The translations under genes and the position numbers were made by a program. 64,000 nt of DNA from a virus. The stretch spans positions 1-64,000 of IMG/VR virus record IMGVR_UViG_3300020048_000023. One strand, written 5' to 3'. Under the pieces are notes generated by a model, which ran no database searches, was not told where the DNA came from, and saw only the letters and a list, made by a program, of their open reading frames with translations. How positions within the stretch are numbered: position 1 is the first letter of the stretch; each line of letters opens with the position of its first letter. Shown here piece by piece: positions 1-10,076 of this stretch.

Positions 1-58
1 TCTTCGTTTAAGTTCATTTTTGTATCTTTGTCGGATATTTATAATAAATAATGAGCAA

Positions 59-535
59 ATGAAGAAAAACCTATTATCCGAAGAGCTGAGTAGAATAAAT
101 AAACTCGGCGGCACCCCAGTAGTAAAAGAAGAAAACATAACGTTTGACTCAAATTTTACCACACCCATAGTTGGCAGGGAAATTGACGCGTATAATATCA
201 AAACCGCATTAAACCTACCACCTGAAGCTGAAGTATCGGCTTGGGGTAGCGATCCCCGCACAAAGGGCGTAGTTATATGGAAATTAGACCCAGATATGCG
301 CAACTGGGGTATAAAATCAATGGGAATAAGCGTTGTAAGGGTGCAAGCTACAATTGGCTGGGAACACGATGTTACCGAGGACGATACGCAGGACGGTGTT
401 GTTGAGTTTGACACCCAGTTACCACAGTTCAAAGATTGGAGTATAGAGAGTGAGTTGCAGTTTACCCCAGACGGCGGAATTTACCCGAACGGTATAGATA
501 TTGACTTTATGAGTAAACGCGTAAGGGTTAACTAA
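59..535 (+). CDS. Hypothetical protein with N-terminal LxEELxRI motif (possible virion-packaged protein)
   Basis: ORF; MKKNLLSEELSRINKL start, preceded by TATTTATA motif. Confidence 0.55.
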   Translation: MKKNLLSEELSRINKLGGTPVVKEENITFDSNFTTPIVGREIDAYNIKTALNLPPEAEVSAWGSDPRTKGVVIWKLDPDMRNWGIKSMGISVVRVQATIGWEHDVTEDDTQDGVVEFDTQLPQFKDWSIESELQFTPDGGIYPNGIDIDFMSKRVRVN

Positions 536-603
536 CCTGTGCGGCGAATATAACCGCAAATTTGCGGCGAATAATGGCGCTTCGGCGCCATTTTCATTTT
601 TAT

Positions 604-634
604 TTTGTTATATCAAAACTTTGTTGTATATTTG
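604..634 (+). promoter_or_regulatory. Bacteroidota sigma-70 promoter (-33 TTTG / -7 TAnnTTTG)
   Basis: TTTG(604)-N19-TATATTTG(627); the same pattern recurs before many + strand operons. Confidence 0.75.
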
Positions 635-652
635 CAGTTCAAAATGTAATAT

Positions 653-964
653 ATGAACTTACCAGAGCTAAAATCAATTATCAACTCAGGATTACCCGAC
701 GATATAATTAAGTCCGAGATTATTAACTCTCTTGCAAAAGACGAGAATATAATTCCAGATATTTTGCAAATACTGGAAAAGGAGCGGGCATTCAAGAAAG
801 AGCTTCAAGCCGAAATGAACCTACTTTTATCTAAAGCCCACGTTGGCTTGGACGATAAAAAATTCAATAAGGGTGGATTTATGCAAAAGGAAATCATTGA
901 GTTTTACCGAAAATACAAGGGCTACGTAGGTCATTGCTTTAAAAATCTAAACGAAATAATATGA
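653..964 (+). CDS. Hypothetical protein
   Basis: ORF directly after promoter. Confidence 0.6.
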   Translation: MNLPELKSIINSGLPDDIIKSEIINSLAKDENIIPDILQILEKERAFKKELQAEMNLLLSKAHVGLDDKKFNKGGFMQKEIIEFYRKYKGYVGHCFKNLNEII

Positions 965-1545
965 TCAGAGAAATTGACATTCAGCAGGCTAAAGAAATCA
1001 AGTCGCTTCTACAGAAGCAATTTTTGAGCACAGAAACAGACGACTTCAACTGGGATATAGCAAACAAAATGGAGTTGATTGACCGAATGATCAGCAACCT
1101 ACAGAAAGCGCCGCTCAGTTATCGCCCAGCGCCGCCAGAAGACATAAAAGCAAATTATTATACTGCCATATGCGACAAATGCGGCTGGTGGGGTAGTTCA
1201 AAGCTCTTAGACGGCGGCGGGCAAATAGCAGATACTGGTGATTATGGCGACTGTTTCTGCCCTGTATGCGGTAATGCCAACACTGGTGAAGTGGAAGAAG
1301 ATAAACCAGAACCACCCAAAAATCGTAAAAAGTGTATTATTTCAAGGTATGACGAAACCATTACAGAGCCGCCGTATTTAACCATACCTATCGACAAGGT
1401 AGAAGTTATTGAACCAGAAAATGATGAAGATGGCATACTGTTTGCTGGTATATTAATGCGGGCTTGCATGGAAAAGGGCTATACGTTCCAGTTTTACACA
1501 ATGAGTACAGAAGAAGGTTCCGATTATAACATTGTTGTTTTTTAA
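961..1545 (+). CDS. Hypothetical protein with Zn-ribbon
   Basis: CDKC...CPVC motifs. Confidence 0.55.
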   Translation: MIREIDIQQAKEIKSLLQKQFLSTETDDFNWDIANKMELIDRMISNLQKAPLSYRPAPPEDIKANYYTAICDKCGWWGSSKLLDGGGQIADTGDYGDCFCPVCGNANTGEVEEDKPEPPKNRKKCIISRYDETITEPPYLTIPIDKVEVIEPENDEDGILFAGILMRACMEKGYTFQFYTMSTEEGSDYNIVVF

Positions 1546-1909
1546 TATGGAAGAGGTTAGAAAGGTAAAACAGTTACAGTCCCAGCTTAATGTATTGGCG
1601 GGCGACGCCGAGGCGTTAAAAATGGAAATAGCCAACAAGCAAAGGGACTACAGCTTGAAGCTACAGTCAATTACCCGACTAAAAGAAGAAATAGCCAAGA
1701 TCAAAGATACCAAAGTACCTACTGTATCAGAGCACGCTATACTCAGGTATTTAGAGCGCGTTAAAGGCTTGGACATACCAGAAATCGAGAAGGAGATATT
1801 GAGCGACGAGGTATTAAAGCTTGTGGATTACCTTGGCGGCTCTGGTACTTATCCAAATGGAAATTTTTCAGTTGTAATGAAAAACTACTGTGTAACCACG
1901 GTGGTTTAA
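1532..1909 (+). CDS. Hypothetical coiled-coil phage protein
   Basis: Coiled-coil N-terminus; VSEHAILRYLER motif. Confidence 0.55.
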   Translation: MLFFNMEEVRKVKQLQSQLNVLAGDAEALKMEIANKQRDYSLKLQSITRLKEEIAKIKDTKVPTVSEHAILRYLERVKGLDIPEIEKEILSDEVLKLVDYLGGSGTYPNGNFSVVMKNYCVTTVV

Positions 1910-1968
1910 ATTTTTATTTGGTAGTGTCAAAATTTATATGTATATTTGCAAATCAAAATATGTAATGT

Positions 1969-2379
1969 ATGAAAATTGAAGTTAACGAACACGGAACCAT
2001 AGTACTAAAATCGGTATTCACCCCAATCAAGCTAACCACTGATGCGGGTGAAAACCTTATTATTACTATGCGTGACTCTGGCTTTGAAATTTGCTATCAG
2101 AATGATTTCTATGAGCTTAAAAAGGGTGTAGTTGCACCCTATAAGCATAAGGACGGCGAAACACTAATAAGCGAAAATGAGGAACGCCAGCTGGCAAGTG
2201 GTTTCAATGCTGGCGTTGATTACGAGCTGATCGAAAAGGCTATTCAGTTTGTTTCGGTGTTCGGCGAAGACTCTTTAGAAATTATAGAACAAACACGGGC
2301 TGGGCTGTTATACCACCCTGCTCAGGAGCCGCTATTTCACGCGGTTGAATCAATGGTTAAAACAGAATCAAATGAGTGA
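1969..2379 (+). CDS. Hypothetical protein
   Basis: ORF after promoter near 1941. Confidence 0.55.
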   Translation: MKIEVNEHGTIVLKSVFTPIKLTTDAGENLIITMRDSGFEICYQNDFYELKKGVVAPYKHKDGETLISENEERQLASGFNAGVDYELIEKAIQFVSVFGEDSLEIIEQTRAGLLYHPAQEPLFHAVESMVKTESNE

Positions 2380-2734
2380 AGCACCACAAAAATTTTATCG
2401 CTACGAAGCAGTTGAATACGCTTCTATGGGTATGGACGGCGAATATGAAAGCCCAAGCGTTCCGAACCCTAAAATTGAGCTAAGAACGTACAACTTATTC
2501 AGGGAAACCCCGAAGGGTTACTGGATCGGTTACGGCTTCTTATACCAAGGATTAAAAAGCCACGGTAAATGGGTACCAAAGGAAGCCAAAAAGAGGTATG
2601 CGTACCCGACCAAGCAGGAAGCCATGGTCAATTTCATTAAACGAAATGAATACAGGATTAAAATACTCAAGCGTCAGCTATGGACTTGCGAAATGGCTGT
2701 GAGTAAGGCTAAAGATATGAAAATAGAAGATTAG
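2345..2734 (+). CDS. Hypothetical phage protein
   Basis: ORF; RETPKGYWI motif. Confidence 0.55.
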   Translation: MNQWLKQNQMSEAPQKFYRYEAVEYASMGMDGEYESPSVPNPKIELRTYNLFRETPKGYWIGYGFLYQGLKSHGKWVPKEAKKRYAYPTKQEAMVNFIKRNEYRIKILKRQLWTCEMAVSKAKDMKIED

Positions 2735-2793
2735 TGAAAATACCTTCGCCGCCGACAAGTTGCGGCGAAAATGTGTAACTAAAGTTAACCGTA

Positions 2794-3666
2794 ATGATGG
2801 TAAAAATAAGAATGAGAAAATTCGTTAATAAGGTACTTTGGGATAAGGATGAATTTTACAAGGACGACGAGTTGAAGTCCCGAGTAGAGCTTCATAATTA
2901 TTTGATCGAACAGATTATCGATTTGGAAAAGGCTATTATACCAGCAAAATTGGTGTATTTCTGGCGTAACAAGAAAACGTTTTTATTCCAATTATTTGGT
3001 AAATTAATATTCAAGGTAGCCGCTATCGGTGCTATTCTGTTTGCCGCTTGGTTCTTCGGGTTTAAGTACGACCCTACGCCAGTGGTTAAACACCCAAAGG
3101 TTATATACCGATATTTGGAGTCGGAAGTTAAAGACACCACGTATATTAAAGCACGCATTCCGAATGTTCAGCTGGTAATGATATTCCCGCCCGACCCTAC
3201 AAAAGATTGGGAACGCTATAAGGAAGAAATGCACTTTAGATTTGAAACCACAGGGTTACCAGACTCCGTAGCTTATAAAACACGAAGGATAAACCCAGAT
3301 GGTAACCCGAGTCAATATTGGGGTAAATACCAGATGGGTCAATCCGCTCGCACAGCTTGTGGTATAGGTAATATGAGCTGGGCTGAGTTCTCTTCAAACC
3401 CAGAAATTCAAGAAGGTACGTTTAAAGCTTGGATCAGAATACTTTATCGGGATATGATGCCGTACATCAATAAATACCAAGGTAGATATATGGGCGGACA
3501 CCAACTCACCGCGTCAGGTATAATTTCAATGGCTCACAACGTGGGTGAAGCACCAACAATAACATTCTTAAATAGTAACGGTACAATAATACCTTCGGAT
3601 GCAAACGCCGCCGCGACGAGGTTTCTTTCATTGGGCGGTTATGACCTAACTCCAATACTCAAGTAA
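2794..3666 (+). CDS. Membrane-anchored lysozyme-like / transglycosylase-like protein
   Basis: TM segment, then E...YWGKYQMG...AHNVG lysozyme-fold-like motifs. Confidence 0.5.
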   Translation: MMVKIRMRKFVNKVLWDKDEFYKDDELKSRVELHNYLIEQIIDLEKAIIPAKLVYFWRNKKTFLFQLFGKLIFKVAAIGAILFAAWFFGFKYDPTPVVKHPKVIYRYLESEVKDTTYIKARIPNVQLVMIFPPDPTKDWERYKEEMHFRFETTGLPDSVAYKTRRINPDGNPSQYWGKYQMGQSARTACGIGNMSWAEFSSNPEIQEGTFKAWIRILYRDMMPYINKYQGRYMGGHQLTASGIISMAHNVGEAPTITFLNSNGTIIPSDANAAATRFLSLGGYDLTPILK

Positions 3667-4517
3667 TGGAAAACGAATTTAAGAGTTTTTTAAAGACCGT
3701 CGAAGGTGGCGAGGGTGACCGATGTTTATACCCAACACGGCTTGATCTGTACGGTAAAGGTTGTGAGCATAATTGCTCATACTGCTATGCCAAGAGTCTG
3801 TTGGATTTCCGAAAGCTGTGGGATGAAGATAACCCAGCCGTAGCCGATATCGAAAAGGTATATAAAGCCATTGACAAGTTGGCTAAGGGTGGATTCAAAG
3901 GCGCCGTTCGTTTGGGTGGTATGACCGACTGTTTCCAGAAGAAAAAAGAATATAAGTACCGCAATACGTTGCACGCCATAGAGCGGCTTAACCAGCACCG
4001 CATTCATTACCTGATCGTAACAAAATCTGATCTGGTAGCCAGCCAATCATATATGGCTATTATGGATAAGGAGCTGGCACATATACAGATTTCAGTAACG
4101 TCTACGGACGATGCAACCAGCTGGAAAATGGAAAAAGCTGATTTCGTGTCAGACCGTATTAACGCCGTAGAAATACTGCAAAGAAATGGGTTTGACGTTA
4201 CGCTCAGGCTATCACCGTTTATTCCCGAATACTTCGATTACGACGTATTGAACAAAATAAAGTGCGATAAGGTGCTTATTGAGTTCCTGCGGGTAAACAC
4301 TTGGATAAAAAGGTGGTTTGACATTGATTACAGCCCCTACACGCTCAAATCAGGCGGGTACCAACACTTGCCGTTGGACGTGAAAATAGAAGCCTTAAAA
4401 CGCATTAAATTCGCTCAAATGTCCATATGCGAGGATGTACCTGAACATTACGAGTATTTCAAGGCAAACTTCAACCATAACCAAGTCGATTGTTGTAATT
4501 TAAACATACCACGATGA
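3666..4517 (+). CDS. Radical SAM protein (spore photoproduct lyase-like)
   Basis: GCEHNCSYCY CxxxCxxC motif; RLGGMTD. Confidence 0.8.
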   Translation: MENEFKSFLKTVEGGEGDRCLYPTRLDLYGKGCEHNCSYCYAKSLLDFRKLWDEDNPAVADIEKVYKAIDKLAKGGFKGAVRLGGMTDCFQKKKEYKYRNTLHAIERLNQHRIHYLIVTKSDLVASQSYMAIMDKELAHIQISVTSTDDATSWKMEKADFVSDRINAVEILQRNGFDVTLRLSPFIPEYFDYDVLNKIKCDKVLIEFLRVNTWIKRWFDIDYSPYTLKSGGYQHLPLDVKIEALKRIKFAQMSICEDVPEHYEYFKANFNHNQVDCCNLNIPR

Positions 4518-4903
4518 TACTAATAATCGTAACAATATTGTTCGCCCATTTCTTTGGGGATATGGTGGTTCAGCCGCGCGAATATGCCGTTAACAAGTGG
4601 CATAGCAATAAAGCTTTGCTCGGGCACGTTGCGATATACACTCTCTGCCTGTTTTTATGGACGGGGATGATTCTGGTTCCTATGATCGGACAGCAAACAA
4701 TGATATATTTCGCGGTATGGTCTTTAATCAATGGTGCGTATCACTTTATGGTTGACTACGTAACAGCCCGTTTAATGCGTAAGGCACAGTTTCAAAAGGA
4801 TAAAAAAATGTTCTTTGTTTATTTCGGAATAGACCAGTTTTTACACCACTCAATTTTGGCGATAACCTTTATAATTTTAATGGCAGTAATTATTTTCACT
4901 TAA
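4514..4903 (+). CDS. DUF3307-like membrane protein
   Basis: AHFFGD..Q, H...D and DQFLH motifs; hydrophobic. Confidence 0.7.
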   Translation: MILIIVTILFAHFFGDMVVQPREYAVNKWHSNKALLGHVAIYTLCLFLWTGMILVPMIGQQTMIYFAVWSLINGAYHFMVDYVTARLMRKAQFQKDKKMFFVYFGIDQFLHHSILAITFIILMAVIIFT

Positions 4904-4913
4904 AATAAGATAT

Positions 4914-6173
4914 ATGATAAAAAAGAAAGTTTGGCATCCAGCCGTAACATCACAATTTGCAGTATGCACGATTCCATTCCATATGGACACATACAGGGGT
5001 TGTTCCTACAACTGCGCTTATTGCTTCGCAAGGGATTTTACAACCTTCGCCCGTCGCAACTCGGAAAACAAACAATTCACCTACTTGGAGTGCAACGACC
5101 CAGCCAGTTTCAAACGTTGGGTTGACAGAACGCTGGCGGCTGATATCAACTATGATAAAGCCGAACAGGTAGCTTTCAAAGAGCGTATGCCTTTGAAAAT
5201 AGGCGCAACCGCCGACCCTTTTCCACGTATAGAGAAGATCGAAAGGGTTACCTACGAAATTCTGAAGACACTGCACGAAATTGATTACCCAGTGCAAATG
5301 TCAACCAAGAACCCGCAGGTACTTGCCAGCTACTCGGAAGACTTCAAAAATCCGAACTGGATAGTAAGCGTAAGCATCGTTACAATTAACGAAGAGCACG
5401 CAAAGGTTATAGAACCTGGAGCGATAGAACCTGAACGCCGTTTTCTTGGAATAGAGAAATTGGCACAACAGGGTTTAAACGTATTGGTTCGCATTCAGCC
5501 AACCATATACCCTAACATAATGGACGAATTACCAGAAATGGTAAAACGTATATTTGAGAGCGGCGCCAAAGGCTTCATTATGGAAGGTTTGAAGCTGAGG
5601 GTAACAATGCCTAAGCATGAACAGGAAATATTTCGCAAAATAGGCGACTTCCACGGGTATGACATTCGCCAGTGGTATAAAGACAACGGAAAGCTCACGG
5701 GCTCAGATTGGGAGATACCAGATCACCACAAATTGGAGTATATTACGCTTGCGCAAATGCTGGCAAAGACGTATGGGCTCAAATTTTATTGCGCCGATAA
5801 TATCGAAAAGAAATGCGGCGACAGTGCCGAGTGTTGTGGGACTGAATACCTACGGGACTACAATATTTTTGCTGGCACATTCCGCAATAAGCTTTTCGAT
5901 AACAAGAACCAAGGTAACTACTGTGTACACTTCCCTAAATGCCGCGTCAATTTTGTTCGCTCGAAGAATTTCAAGCATTTAACGGTTGAGGAAGCCGCTG
6001 ACCTTAAAAATAGCCAAGTCAAGAAGGAACCAGTTAAGAAAGTTAAAGCTAAACCAGCGCTGACACCAGCTGAGGAAGCCAAAGGGCGAACCCCTGATTA
6101 CCATTCACTATCGCCACGCGAGCAATGGGCTCAGGATAAACGTCTGGGTATCTTGGATTGGGATGGAAAATAA
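4914..6173 (+). CDS. Radical SAM protein (SPL-like)
   Basis: GCSYNCAYCF motif; GATADPF. Confidence 0.8.
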   Translation: MIKKKVWHPAVTSQFAVCTIPFHMDTYRGCSYNCAYCFARDFTTFARRNSENKQFTYLECNDPASFKRWVDRTLAADINYDKAEQVAFKERMPLKIGATADPFPRIEKIERVTYEILKTLHEIDYPVQMSTKNPQVLASYSEDFKNPNWIVSVSIVTINEEHAKVIEPGAIEPERRFLGIEKLAQQGLNVLVRIQPTIYPNIMDELPEMVKRIFESGAKGFIMEGLKLRVTMPKHEQEIFRKIGDFHGYDIRQWYKDNGKLTGSDWEIPDHHKLEYITLAQMLAKTYGLKFYCADNIEKKCGDSAECCGTEYLRDYNIFAGTFRNKLFDNKNQGNYCVHFPKCRVNFVRSKNFKHLTVEEAADLKNSQVKKEPVKKVKAKPALTPAEEAKGRTPDYHSLSPREQWAQDKRLGILDWDGK

Positions 6174-6195
6174 TAAACTAAACACAATTATACAA

Positions 6196-6630
6196 ATGGA
6201 AATTAACGAAGTACGCGATGCCGTACACAAAACATCAACCGACAAAGGATTTTGGAAAGACTATGACGACGCAAAGGACATTTTACCGTTAGGTGATTTG
6301 AGAAGCGCAGTTCAACGTGCCTTTATATCCCAAAAGATAATGCTTACCGTGTCTGAGCTTAGCGAGGCTATGGAAGCTCAAAGGGTTAACCATAGGGCTG
6401 ACAGGTTAGCATATGAGAAAGCGCTTATCGGCATAGAAGAAGGTAACGAACTTACCCATAAAGTGCTATTTGAAGAATATATAAAAAATAGTATTGAAGA
6501 CGAACTTGCCGACGCATTAATTCGTATTTGCGACTTGGCTGGTAAAATGGGTGTAGACCTTGATTGGCACGTTCAACGCAAAATGGAATACAACGGAGCC
6601 CGCCCGTATAAGCACGGCAAAAATTTCTAA
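6196..6630 (+). CDS. MazG-like nucleotide pyrophosphohydrolase
   Basis: SELSEAMEA...EDELADALIRICD...KMEYN..RPYKHGK. Confidence 0.8.
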   Translation: MEINEVRDAVHKTSTDKGFWKDYDDAKDILPLGDLRSAVQRAFISQKIMLTVSELSEAMEAQRVNHRADRLAYEKALIGIEEGNELTHKVLFEEYIKNSIEDELADALIRICDLAGKMGVDLDWHVQRKMEYNGARPYKHGKNF

Positions 6631-6653
6631 TAAACCAACTAATCTTAACAACA

Positions 6654-7352
6654 ATGAAAAAACTACTTTTAACACTCTTCGGCTTGGCGTTTATGTACAC
6701 CGTAGCAAATGCGCAGGTTATATGCCCGCCAAATGTACCCAATTTTGAATTTAGCTTTACTAAGCCCGTTGTGGTTGATCAAAAAGTTGGCGGGGCTTCC
6801 GTATGTGAACCAGACGCTGGACAAACGCACGTTTGGTCAATAGTTGAAACTGGAACACCTTGGAAAATCGTAAATGGTAATATTCTTGTTGCCGACGCCA
6901 ACGCCATTAATTCGGCTACTACGGCTTTTTATACCATTACCATTAAGGTAACCGATAATGGTGTACCACCATTATCAAATACTTCCATAGTAAAATTAAA
7001 TAACATAAACAGCCCGCCAGTTATCGCACCGCAAACCTTTACAGTTGCCGAAAATGCTCCTAATACAACGCTTGTAGGTACCGTAGTCGCAACAGACCCG
7101 AACGCTGGTCAGACAAAGACGTATTCCATTATATCTGGGAATACCAGTGGCGCTTTCTCCATTAATGCTTCCAATGGGAACATTCTTGTCACCAATATGA
7201 CTGTACTTAATTTTGAGGTTACACCTTCTTTTGCGCTGGTTGTAAAGGTGATGGATAATGGGAATCCGAGCCTTAGTGCGCAGGCTACTATTACGATCAA
7301 TTTAACCGACGTAAACGAAGCCCCTGTGGTTGTTGACCAGACTTTTCAATAA
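6654..7352 (+). CDS. Secreted cadherin-domain protein
   Basis: Signal peptide; ENAP..VGTVVATDP, LNFE, TDVNEAP cadherin motifs, two repeats. Confidence 0.8.
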   Translation: MKKLLLTLFGLAFMYTVANAQVICPPNVPNFEFSFTKPVVVDQKVGGASVCEPDAGQTHVWSIVETGTPWKIVNGNILVADANAINSATTAFYTITIKVTDNGVPPLSNTSIVKLNNINSPPVIAPQTFTVAENAPNTTLVGTVVATDPNAGQTKTYSIISGNTSGAFSINASNGNILVTNMTVLNFEVTPSFALVVKVMDNGNPSLSAQATITINLTDVNEAPVVVDQTFQ

Positions 7353-7419
7353 AATTTGGTTAATTCAAAATTAATGCATATATTTGCATTCTCAATAATT
7401 CACTTAAAACAGTAAAACA

Positions 7420-7641
7420 ATGAAAAGACTATTAAGAAGTAGAAACGGTATGATAGGCGGAGTATGCGCTGGTATAGCAGAATACATGAGCCATAGTGCT
7501 GAAAATTCCGACGATATCACGCCTATGTCATATAATATTGACCCTACTTGGATTCGTTTGATATGGGCTTTATTTGCCGTATTAGGCGGGGTAGGCATAT
7601 TGGCGTATCTGGTATGTTGGATTGTTATTCCTAAAAGATAA
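7420..7641 (+). CDS. pspC: PspC-domain membrane protein
   Basis: RSRNGMIGGVCAGIAEY...DPTWIRL...AYLVCWIVIP. Confidence 0.85.
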   Translation: MKRLLRSRNGMIGGVCAGIAEYMSHSAENSDDITPMSYNIDPTWIRLIWALFAVLGGVGILAYLVCWIVIPKR

Positions 7642-8201
7642 TGGACAAGGAGTTGTGGATAACCAGACTCCGATCAGAGGGCTTCAACGACGGACATATT
7701 CAACTTTTAAAAGGTACGAATAAGTCCGTCGCTATTGAAGTAGGTTGGTATTACTCGCCATGGGGATTTGAAACGAAATTCAAAAATGATAAACCACGTA
7801 TACGTAAATCAACCCTGACCAACTATTACATTAATGGGAAGAACCATTGGGGTTATGCCGTCGATTCTGATGGCGTGGTTGAGCTCAAGTATTTTACGGG
7901 CGAAAGTTTGAAAGATTTTAAATTGGTGCTCTATGAAGTGATTGACACAATAAACCACCCAGATTACCAAGAGTACCACAAAAAATTTGAAAATCAAGAA
8001 CATCTGGCATATGTTGCGCTGGAAGACGTGAATAAAGAATACCTGAGAATAGGCAACTTTGCGGCAAAACGCGAGGGTTCTGCGCTTATTCTTTTTACGT
8101 TTGAAGACGGCTCTAATAACGTTGACCAATTTATTCATATCGGTGCGGAACGGATTCACCTGTTCAAAGATTGGTTTGAAAAAGTAATGTTAAAAAAATA
8201 G
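7641..8201 (+). CDS. Hypothetical protein (paralog of next gene)
   Basis: Shares NYYINGKNHW..YFTG..DYQEY with 8204-8827. Confidence 0.55.
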   Translation: MDKELWITRLRSEGFNDGHIQLLKGTNKSVAIEVGWYYSPWGFETKFKNDKPRIRKSTLTNYYINGKNHWGYAVDSDGVVELKYFTGESLKDFKLVLYEVIDTINHPDYQEYHKKFENQEHLAYVALEDVNKEYLRIGNFAAKREGSALILFTFEDGSNNVDQFIHIGAERIHLFKDWFEKVMLKK

Positions 8202-8203
8202 TT

Positions 8204-8827
8204 ATGTCTGGAATGGTCTACACGGAGCTTAAAGCCGACCCGCAAAGGGCACTTACCACTATGCTTATTGGTAACGGGCACCTACGCAACCTTTTAGGTA
8301 CGCACAAGTCTGTAATGACCGCCCGTAAGAATAAGGACGGTAGAATAACCCGTAGTGCGCTTTTGGTAAACCATTACATTAACGGCGTCAATCACTGGGA
8401 ATATAGGTTCAACGTCGAAGCAACTGATCTATCCTGTTATTATACTGGTGATACATTTGACACATTAAAGCCCGCAAATCTGACCATAGAAACAACTGTC
8501 AGGGATGAAGACTATCAGGATTATATAAAGAAGTTCAAATCGTATACACCAATAAAAACATACGTCTTTGACGAGGTAGTTGGGTACAACATAATGCCTA
8601 AGCCAGATCATAGGGATAATAAAGACATTCATGTTGGCAGCGGTGGTGGCGGTGGTTATCCTAGAGTTAGGTTCCCTAAGAAAGTACGAGGAAAAGCCAC
8701 TTGGGAAAGATTTTGGACGTTATTTCCGCAATACAGAGGGTACAAGTCGCTTATGGAATACCAGAAGGCGATGTATGAGAATCGTAAAATCGAAGTAAAA
8801 AAAAGAGAAAATGAAGAAATCGGATGA
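8204..8827 (+). CDS. Hypothetical protein (paralog of previous gene)
   Basis: NHYINGVNHW..YYTG..DYQDY. Confidence 0.55.
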   Translation: MSGMVYTELKADPQRALTTMLIGNGHLRNLLGTHKSVMTARKNKDGRITRSALLVNHYINGVNHWEYRFNVEATDLSCYYTGDTFDTLKPANLTIETTVRDEDYQDYIKKFKSYTPIKTYVFDEVVGYNIMPKPDHRDNKDIHVGSGGGGGYPRVRFPKKVRGKATWERFWTLFPQYRGYKSLMEYQKAMYENRKIEVKKRENEEIG

Positions 8828-9242
8828 TGAAATACGGGCAATGGCTGGTAGCCATGATGCAACCCCTCCAGTATACGCTGAGCTATTTTTAGCTGGATGG
8901 CGTGCCTGTGAAGCTGGCGAAGCACCCAAATTAAAGCTGGTTGAAGTTCCACCAGAAGTAACCCAGTACATTGAAGAGGTGTACGACAAAGTAAGCGGCG
9001 GGCATAAAGTTAAACGAATTGCAAGATACGGCGGTAGCATTTTTGTGGTATTTGACGACGATCGCACGTACAGGGTTAACATAAACAAGTACGACAGCGT
9101 TATTAAGTTGGACGAAATGGCTAAAGAACAACAAAATTTATTGGATATGGCTGAGTCACTTGAATACGATCATCAACAATCAATGAAGCACGCTATGTTA
9201 CGTAAAGCAGATATTCTCAAATCAATTTTAGACGAAGTATAA
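8811..9242 (+). CDS. Hypothetical protein
   Basis: ORF in operon. Confidence 0.5.
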   Translation: MKKSDDEIRAMAGSHDATPPVYAELFLAGWRACEAGEAPKLKLVEVPPEVTQYIEEVYDKVSGGHKVKRIARYGGSIFVVFDDDRTYRVNINKYDSVIKLDEMAKEQQNLLDMAESLEYDHQQSMKHAMLRKADILKSILDEV

Positions 9243-9326
9243 AAAATATATTATACTGAAACTGCGACGTTTACGTACAGTGGAGTGGGCGAAGAGAAAA
9301 AAAGTTGAAAATATTTTCAATATTTC

Positions 9327-9357
9327 TTTGTTTATTCAAATATTATGTCTACATTTG
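9327..9357 (+). promoter_or_regulatory. Bacteroidota sigma-70 promoter upstream of tRNA group 1
   Basis: TTTG-N19-TACATTTG; about 30 nt identical to the promoter at 38051-38082. Confidence 0.75.
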
Positions 9358-9384
9358 CAGCATAATTCAAAAAACAACATTGAT

Positions 9385-9585
9385 ATGGCAAAAACATTGG
9401 CTCAATTTGACAATAAAATCAGGGTTAAATTCTTGGTAAACGAACAAAAGTACTTTTTGTTTTATGGCAACAGCCATATCATACTTGACGGTAAATTCGC
9501 AACACAATTTGACACACAGCCGCAAGCCGAAAAAGTAGGTAAAAAATTAATTCACAAAGGCGGTATTTATTATTCGTCAAAATAA
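9385..9585 (+). CDS. Small hypothetical protein
   Basis: ATG after promoter. Confidence 0.45.
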   Translation: MAKTLAQFDNKIRVKFLVNEQKYFLFYGNSHIILDGKFATQFDTQPQAEKVGKKLIHKGGIYYSSK

Positions 9586-9636
9586 AATCAGAATAATCTG
9601 AACTTTTTACAACAACAGACTATATATTAAAAGAAA

Positions 9637-9732
9637 ATGAAAACAGTTACAAGCATATTACGACTACGCCAGCGCAGACAAAGGCTGCTTCAACGCTCAC
9701 AAGCGTCTGGACGAGGTACGACTATGATGTAA
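9637..9732 (+). CDS. Putative attenuator leader peptide 1 (Arg/Leu/Gln-rich) MKTVTSILRLRQRRQRLLQRSQASGRGTTMM
   Basis: Manual translation; followed by terminator and Arg/Leu/Gln tRNAs. Confidence 0.8.
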   Translation: MKTVTSILRLRQRRQRLLQRSQASGRGTTMM

Positions 9733-9766
9733 TGTTTCTTAAAAAATAGAATATTATTTTGTGGAT

Positions 9767-9805
9767 AAACCCCCTAAGGACGCCAAGCGACCGAGGGGGT
9801 TTTTT
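9767..9805 (+). terminator. Intrinsic terminator (attenuator 1)
   Basis: AAACCCCCT...AGGGGGTTT hairpin plus T-tract. Confidence 0.8.
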
Positions 9806-9829
9806 ATTTTACACGTTCTTTAACAATAT

Positions 9830-9903
9830 GGCTCTGTAGCACAACTGGATGGTGCAGTGGTTTCCTAAACCAAAGGTTGCAGGTTCAAATCCTGCCTGAG
9901 TCA
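9830..9903 (+). tRNA. tRNA-Arg(CCT)
   Basis: Cloverleaf; loop TTCCTAA. Confidence 0.85.
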
Positions 9904-9911
9904 CACAATAT

Positions 9912-9990
9912 GCCCTCATATCGGCGGCGCCTTCTAAGCGTTAGTACCGTAACGGATAGGAAGATGTGCGTTCGAATCGCACTGGGGGTA
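9912..9990 (+). tRNA. tRNA-Arg(TCT), rearranged D-arm
   Basis: Acceptor GCCCTCA/TGGGGGT; loop CTTCTAA; T-arm GTGCG-TTCGAAT-CGCAC; no canonical D arm. Confidence 0.65.
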
Positions 9991-9995
9991 CATAT

Positions 9996-10069
9996 GGCAC
10001 TGTAGCTCAATGGATTAGAGCGTAGGTCTACGGAACCTGAGGTTGTGAGTTCGACCCTCACCAGTGTCA
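9996..10069 (+). tRNA. tRNA-Arg(ACG)
   Basis: Cloverleaf; loop CTACGGA. Confidence 0.85.
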
Positions 10070-10076
10070 CTTAAAT

